Below are positions 23,901 through 29,900 of a stretch of 32,000 nucleotides of DNA, one piece after another (position 1 is the stretch's first letter; each line of letters starts with the position of its first letter). The notes under the pieces were generated by a model. That model was not told the origin of the DNA. It did no database searches and was given only the letters and a program-made list of their open reading frames with translations. This DNA comes from Candidatus Thorarchaeota archaeon (lineage in GTDB: Archaea; Asgardarchaeota; Heimdallarchaeia; Hodarchaeales; Hodarchaeaceae): assembly GCA_048882505.1 (NCBI GenBank), contig JBHLRO010000010.1, forward strand, positions 90,001-122,000, given 5' to 3'. Both the position numbers and the translations under genes were made by a program.

Positions 23901-26900
23901 ATTTTACTACTCCAATGACCAACCGATGAGTGACAGTTTTACCATTCAGCTTACGACTAGTGATTCGGGTTCTGGGCTACAAAATGCTACTGGAAGCGCG
24001 GAGTTCGGGGGAGAAATACCAGTAGACACTGTGTATGCTACTAGGTATGAGCTTTCGTATACTGTATCACAGTTTGAAACCGCTGGGGGTGATAATCAGA
24101 TTGTGTTAACAGTATATGATAATGTCGGGAACAGCGTAACAGGGCCATTAAGTAGTATACTTGATAATGTTGCGCCCACAGTGCCGATCATTACTGCAGT
24201 GTATGAAGGATCGGACTACATCTATTATTCAGGATCCATACTCTATTATTCAAATGATCAATCCATGACAGATAGTTTCACGATAGAATTTACAACCACA
24301 GATGGTTCAGCAGGCTTGCAGAATGCCACAGGAAGTGCAGAATTTAATGCTGAAATCCCAAGCGACTCATCTTATTCGAGTGGATACAACCTCAGTTACA
24401 CCATTAGTCAAGGAGAGACTGATGGAGGAGACGATGTTGTCATCACCGTTTATGATTTTGTTGGTAATAAGATTACAAAAACATTTTTGGTGACATTGGA
24501 TAATACGGCACCGAGCATTACACTAGAATCACATTCAAGTAAAATCTGGTATAATACTCCGGGTGGTATTACCTCTTACAGCGGATCTGTTTCAGACACC
24601 TTAAGTGGAATAACCAGTGCCTTCTTCAATTACTCGACTGATGGTGGAACTACAAACACATCCTTTACTGCGACTCTTGGAGGCGGGACTTGGCTAGATG
24701 ACGATGAGATCACGGATACCGTGAACGATAATGTCACCCTTATTGTTTATGTCTGGGATAACGTCAAAAATGTGAATTCCACTACCGTGGAAATTTGGCA
24801 TGATGATACACCACCCACTATCACCTATAATGATCCAACAGCAGGCAGCAGTACTATCTTCTATAATCTTAATGATAATGCCACCACTTTTGACATTGAT
24901 TTTGGGGTTACAGGGGGTAAAACATTTTATAGTGGATTAGTAAAGGCTGAATACCAAACCGATGATGGAATGGGATGGTATACCATTTTCGATAATACAG
25001 GGGCCCCGTCGCTTCTCGATAATACCACTAACTGGAAGATTGAGCGATGGAATGAAACGTTATTCAATGGCGTAAACACAATCGACATCCGAGTCACAGA
25101 TGCCGCAGGCAACATTCGTACGGATATTTACAGTACTGGAGTATCAGGGTTCAATTTACGTCTAGATACGCAAGGACCAGTAGCATTGAGTCTTAGCGTC
25201 AAAGGAAATGAAATTGGAATTTCTGATCCCTCCTTATATGATTGGGCAGGATCAGACTTCTATCTTTCATTCAAATTCAACTCTAGTTCCAATATCACCA
25301 AATTCTATATCTATAGCGACCAAAACACTGTGATTAAATCATATCTTAATAAGTCAGGTACGGAAGTATTTACTTGGTATGAGGTTGGTCCTGGCCCCGT
25401 TTACCATAATTATACCACTGTTGATCAACTTGTTTTCTTTGACATAGGTAATACGGGGAATCGGAGTGTCTACGTTAGAGCGGAAAATCAGGCGGGGATA
25501 AATAGTAGCTGGATTCAAGTCTACCTCTTTGTGGATGAGGAGGATCCCACCCTAACGCTTACTTCCATAACTGAACTTAATCTAACGTGGACAATTCACC
25601 CAGACGTGTTGGCCGGGAATGGAACTCTCTATTTCAGTGACCAAATGGGAGCATCAAATTCTGCTGGCTTTGACGTGACAGTTAACGCCGCTGATAGTGG
25701 AAGTGGAATGACAAATGGGTATGTTGATTTCCAAGCTTTTGAAGCAATTCCAGCCCAAACAAACACCTATACCGGAACCTTTTCTGTTGGTCAATCAACT
25801 ACTGATAGGGCATGGGTTCGAGCCTATGCAATAGATGCGTCCGGCCGAAACAGTAGTTCTATTGCAATAGTTGAAGTTATAAGAGACACTTCTGCTCCAA
25901 CCTTACCAATCATTACAACTATAGTCGAGAATTCAGAGTTTCTCCACTATGATTCAGGTTCAACTACCTTGTATTATTCGAACGACCAACCCATGAGCGC
26001 CACATTTACGATCCAACTTACAACTGCTGACTTGGGTGGTGCAGGCCTCGCAAATGCCACTGGTAGTGCCGATTTCGGTGGTGAAATTCCTACTGATACA
26101 GTATATTCGGGAAGATATGATCTTAGTTATACAATTAGCCAATCGGAGACGGCTGGAGGGGATAATCAAATTATTATAACTGTTTATGACCTGGTGGGTA
26201 ATAGCAGAACAAAAACGTTAGATTCAACGATTGATAATGCCGCTCCCTCACCTCCTATCTTTACTGGTGTTGTTGAAAACTCCGAAAACATTCATTACAA
26301 TGGAACTCATCTCTTCTACTCCAACGATCAATTGATGGACGATCTCTTCACTATTCAGTTTACCACGAGTGATGGACTGGGTGCAGGTTTACAAAATGCA
26401 ACGGGAACACCGGAATTTGGCGGTGAAATTCCATTTGATGCTATTTACTCAGCCATGTATGAGCTCTCGTATGCAATCAGCGGAGGCGAAACCGCAGGTG
26501 GAAATAATATAAACATCAGTGTTTACGATTTTGTGGGAAACTACATCAATGCCACCTTCAAGGTTATCCTTGATAATGTGGCCCCATCGATTCCTATTAT
26601 TACAGGAGTTTTAGAATCTTCAGAATTCATATACTTCGATGGTTCTACGATCCTTTATTATTCCAATGACCAATCCATGAGCGATAGCTTCACCATCCAA
26701 TTTACTACTGACGATGCACTGGCAGATTTGCAGAATGCTACGGGCAGTTCCGATTTTGGTGAAGTTAATCGAGTTGACACCACCTATTCTGCTGTTTATG
26801 AATTAAATTATACAATTGACCAATCAGAAACCGCTGGTGGTGATAACCAAATTGTAATTACGGTTTATGACATGGTCGGGAATTCCATAACAACTGTTAT

Positions 26901-29900
26901 GAGTTGTGTCTTGGATAATGATGCTCCTATTGTTCCCACGATCACAGGAGTTATAGAAAATTCAGAATACATGGCTTACATTGCACCCGTACTTTATTAC
27001 TCAAATGATCAACCGATGGGTCATAATTTCACAGTTCAACTTACGACAAGTGATGGAATCGTCGGACTACAAAATGCCACGGGAAGTGCAGATTTTGGCG
27101 GGGAAACTCCCAGCGACTTCTTTTATGTGGGTATGTATGAAATTACATATAATATAAGCCAAGACGAGACTGCTGGAGCTGGTAGTGAGGTTAATATTAC
27201 TGTGTACGACTTGGTTGGAAATTTCATTACCGTTACAATGATTTGTACGCTTGATAACATCGCGCCAACAACTCCAACCATATCGAGTATAATTGAATCC
27301 TCCGATTTTCTCTATTATGATGGCGCCATTCTTTATTATGCTAATACTGCACCACTGATGAGTGAAAGTTTTACCATCCAGATGACAACAAGTGATTCAA
27401 TTTCTGGTCTCCAAAATGCAACGGGGGAAACAGAATTTGGGGATACTCCAAGCGATGCAATATATTCTGCTGGATATGAGCTTGTTTATACCGTAGATAA
27501 CGGAGAATCTGTTCCTGACAATCAAATCACAATCATTGTGTATGATAACGTTGGAAATAACATATCGATTAGTTTAGATACAATTCTTGACAATACTGCC
27601 CCAACGGGCCTTTCCATTAATGCTATTGATGAAAACAGTGATTTTATCTATTATAATGGAATTGATGAGCTCTTCTTTTCTAACGACCAATCCATGAATG
27701 ATCCGTTTACTATCAGGCTATCCGCACTGGAATTTCGGAGTGGAATTCAAAATGTCACGGGCAGTTTCGATTTCGGCGAATCCCGAAGTAGCTTTTCAAA
27801 TGCCTCGGGGACATTCGATTTGACCTACTCCATCGCCAGCGGAGAAACAACAACGGCATCTGATGGAACCTTAACTCTCACAGTATATGATAATGTGGGT
27901 AATAAGGCCAGTCTAACCCTTACAGTGACATTGGATAATACTGCACCATCGCCGCCTTCGATCACGGGCGTTTCCGAATCTTCCGAGTATTTACATTATA
28001 ATTCTCCCATTCTTTTTTATTCCAACAATCAACCAATGAGTGCTAGTTTCACCATTCATTTTACGACAAACGATGTCGGTGCGGGCCGCTTAAATGCGAC
28101 AGGAGAAACCGATTTTGGAGGAGATACTCCGAATGATACAATATACGCTTCTGGGTACGACTTGATCTATACGGTGAGCCAAGCCGAAAGTGCCAGCGGA
28201 GGAGCGGTTGGCATTACAGTCTTTGACAATGTGGGAAACAGTGTCACCGTAAGTCTAACCTGTACCTTAGATAATGCCGCCCCGACTCTGCCTATAATCA
28301 CGAATATTGTGGAATCCTCCGAATATATCCATTATAATGCTCCCGTTCTATACTATTCCTCAGATCAGCCTATGAGCGATCAGTTCACGATCCAATTTAC
28401 CACCAGCGATGCCATAGCAGGCCTTCAAAACGCGACAGGGGAACTGGAATTCGGAGAAACCAACGTGGTAGATACGACTTATTCAGGAGGATATGAGCTT
28501 AATTACACGATAGATAACGGAGATACTGCTACTGGTGATCAAATTACAATCACTGTATTTGATCTGGTGGGGAACAGCGTTAGTTTGATATTAAGCGCTA
28601 TACTCGACAACACAAATCCGACATCCCCGTCGATTGTTGATGTTTTGGAAACATCTGAGTACTTGTATTACGATGGGGCTACTTTTTATTACTCCAATGA
28701 CGATGGATTAAGTGATTCATTTACAATTATTATTTCAACGGGTGATTCTGGCTCAGGCCTTAAGAATGCGACAGGAGAAACGGAATTTGGCAATACACCC
28801 AGTGACACAGTATATTCTGCTGGATTTGAACTTACTTATACGGTGGATAACGGAGAATCTGTTACTGGTGGTCAAATTACGATAACTATTTATGACATGG
28901 TCGGGAATACCGTAAGCGTTAATCTGGCTGCGACTGAGGACAATTTGGCCCCCAACATCTCCCTCTTAAACACTGCGTTACGGGAATCATCCGATTTCAC
29001 TTATTACCCACTAAATGGCACGCAGGTCCTCTATTATAGTAATAAGATGTTATCTGACGTTACAGTCTATATTAATGTGACGACCTTCGATGGATCATCA
29101 GGTCTTCAGGTAATGGAATTCCCATCACTATTCAATGTCGGCAGTACGTTTAATACGACAGTATACAACCAATCCTATGTTGTCTCTACCACCAGCGGGG
29201 ATAATGGGACATTTACTTTCAGGAGCTTCGATAATGTTGGAAATATCGCTATGACAACACTAGACATTGTGCAGGATAATCAGGCCCCTGATCAATCGGT
29301 CATTAGTGCGATTACCGAAAGTTCGCAATACCTGCACACGTCGGGAGTCGCGAAGCTATGGTATTCAGATCTGATGGGTGGGGTACCGGTTTCAGTAGGT
29401 ATAGATGTTAACGGAATCGATCAAGGAGGATCTCTCGCAGCGGGACTGGCGGTGATCACTTTCCCAACCATAGGCGATGAGTCTCCAGGAAATATCACTT
29501 CTGGTGCCTCTACGTATTCTGTGACCTATAATCTCAGTTCCACTGACAGTACCACAGGTGATTTGTTCTTCACGGTATATGATCGGGTGGGAAATACGTA
29601 TCAGATCCCTCTCGAAGTGATTAATGATATTACAGTACCAACGATCAGTTTTACCGATGTCACGAATCCAATATATGATCCCGATGCTAATGAATTGGAT
29701 AGCACAGGAAATTGGTATGATCAAGGTGTTCTATCCAGTGGATTCTCTGTAAGTTCCACACCTACGGATCCATTAAGTGGTTCCCGCCAAGGAAGTGGGG
29801 TATTTACCGTTTTTATTGATTGGGATAGCACCAATGATGTGGATGATCAATTGAGTATTAATGCGGGTGCAGATGGCGATGATGTTATAACAGGCTTGAC

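Larger units (their letters stand above)
16270..28938 (+). repeat. Type-H repeat zone: 27 copies of ESSx[FY]LYY...YSNDQxM...GLxNATGxx[DE]FG...Y.L.Y...YDxVGN
   Basis: Hand count of 27 units, interrupted by divergent units at about 16618-17670, 18682-19746 and 24499-25884. Confidence 0.9.

Noticed and set aside
10465-28263. Recurring single cysteines (TCTED, CTLD, CVLD, DMCAN, DRCNN) as inter-domain disulfides or thioester sites
   Set aside because: At most one per unit, at positions where paralogs have V, A, I or L (TATED, VTLD, DxVGN). Best explained as hydrophobic core substitutions.
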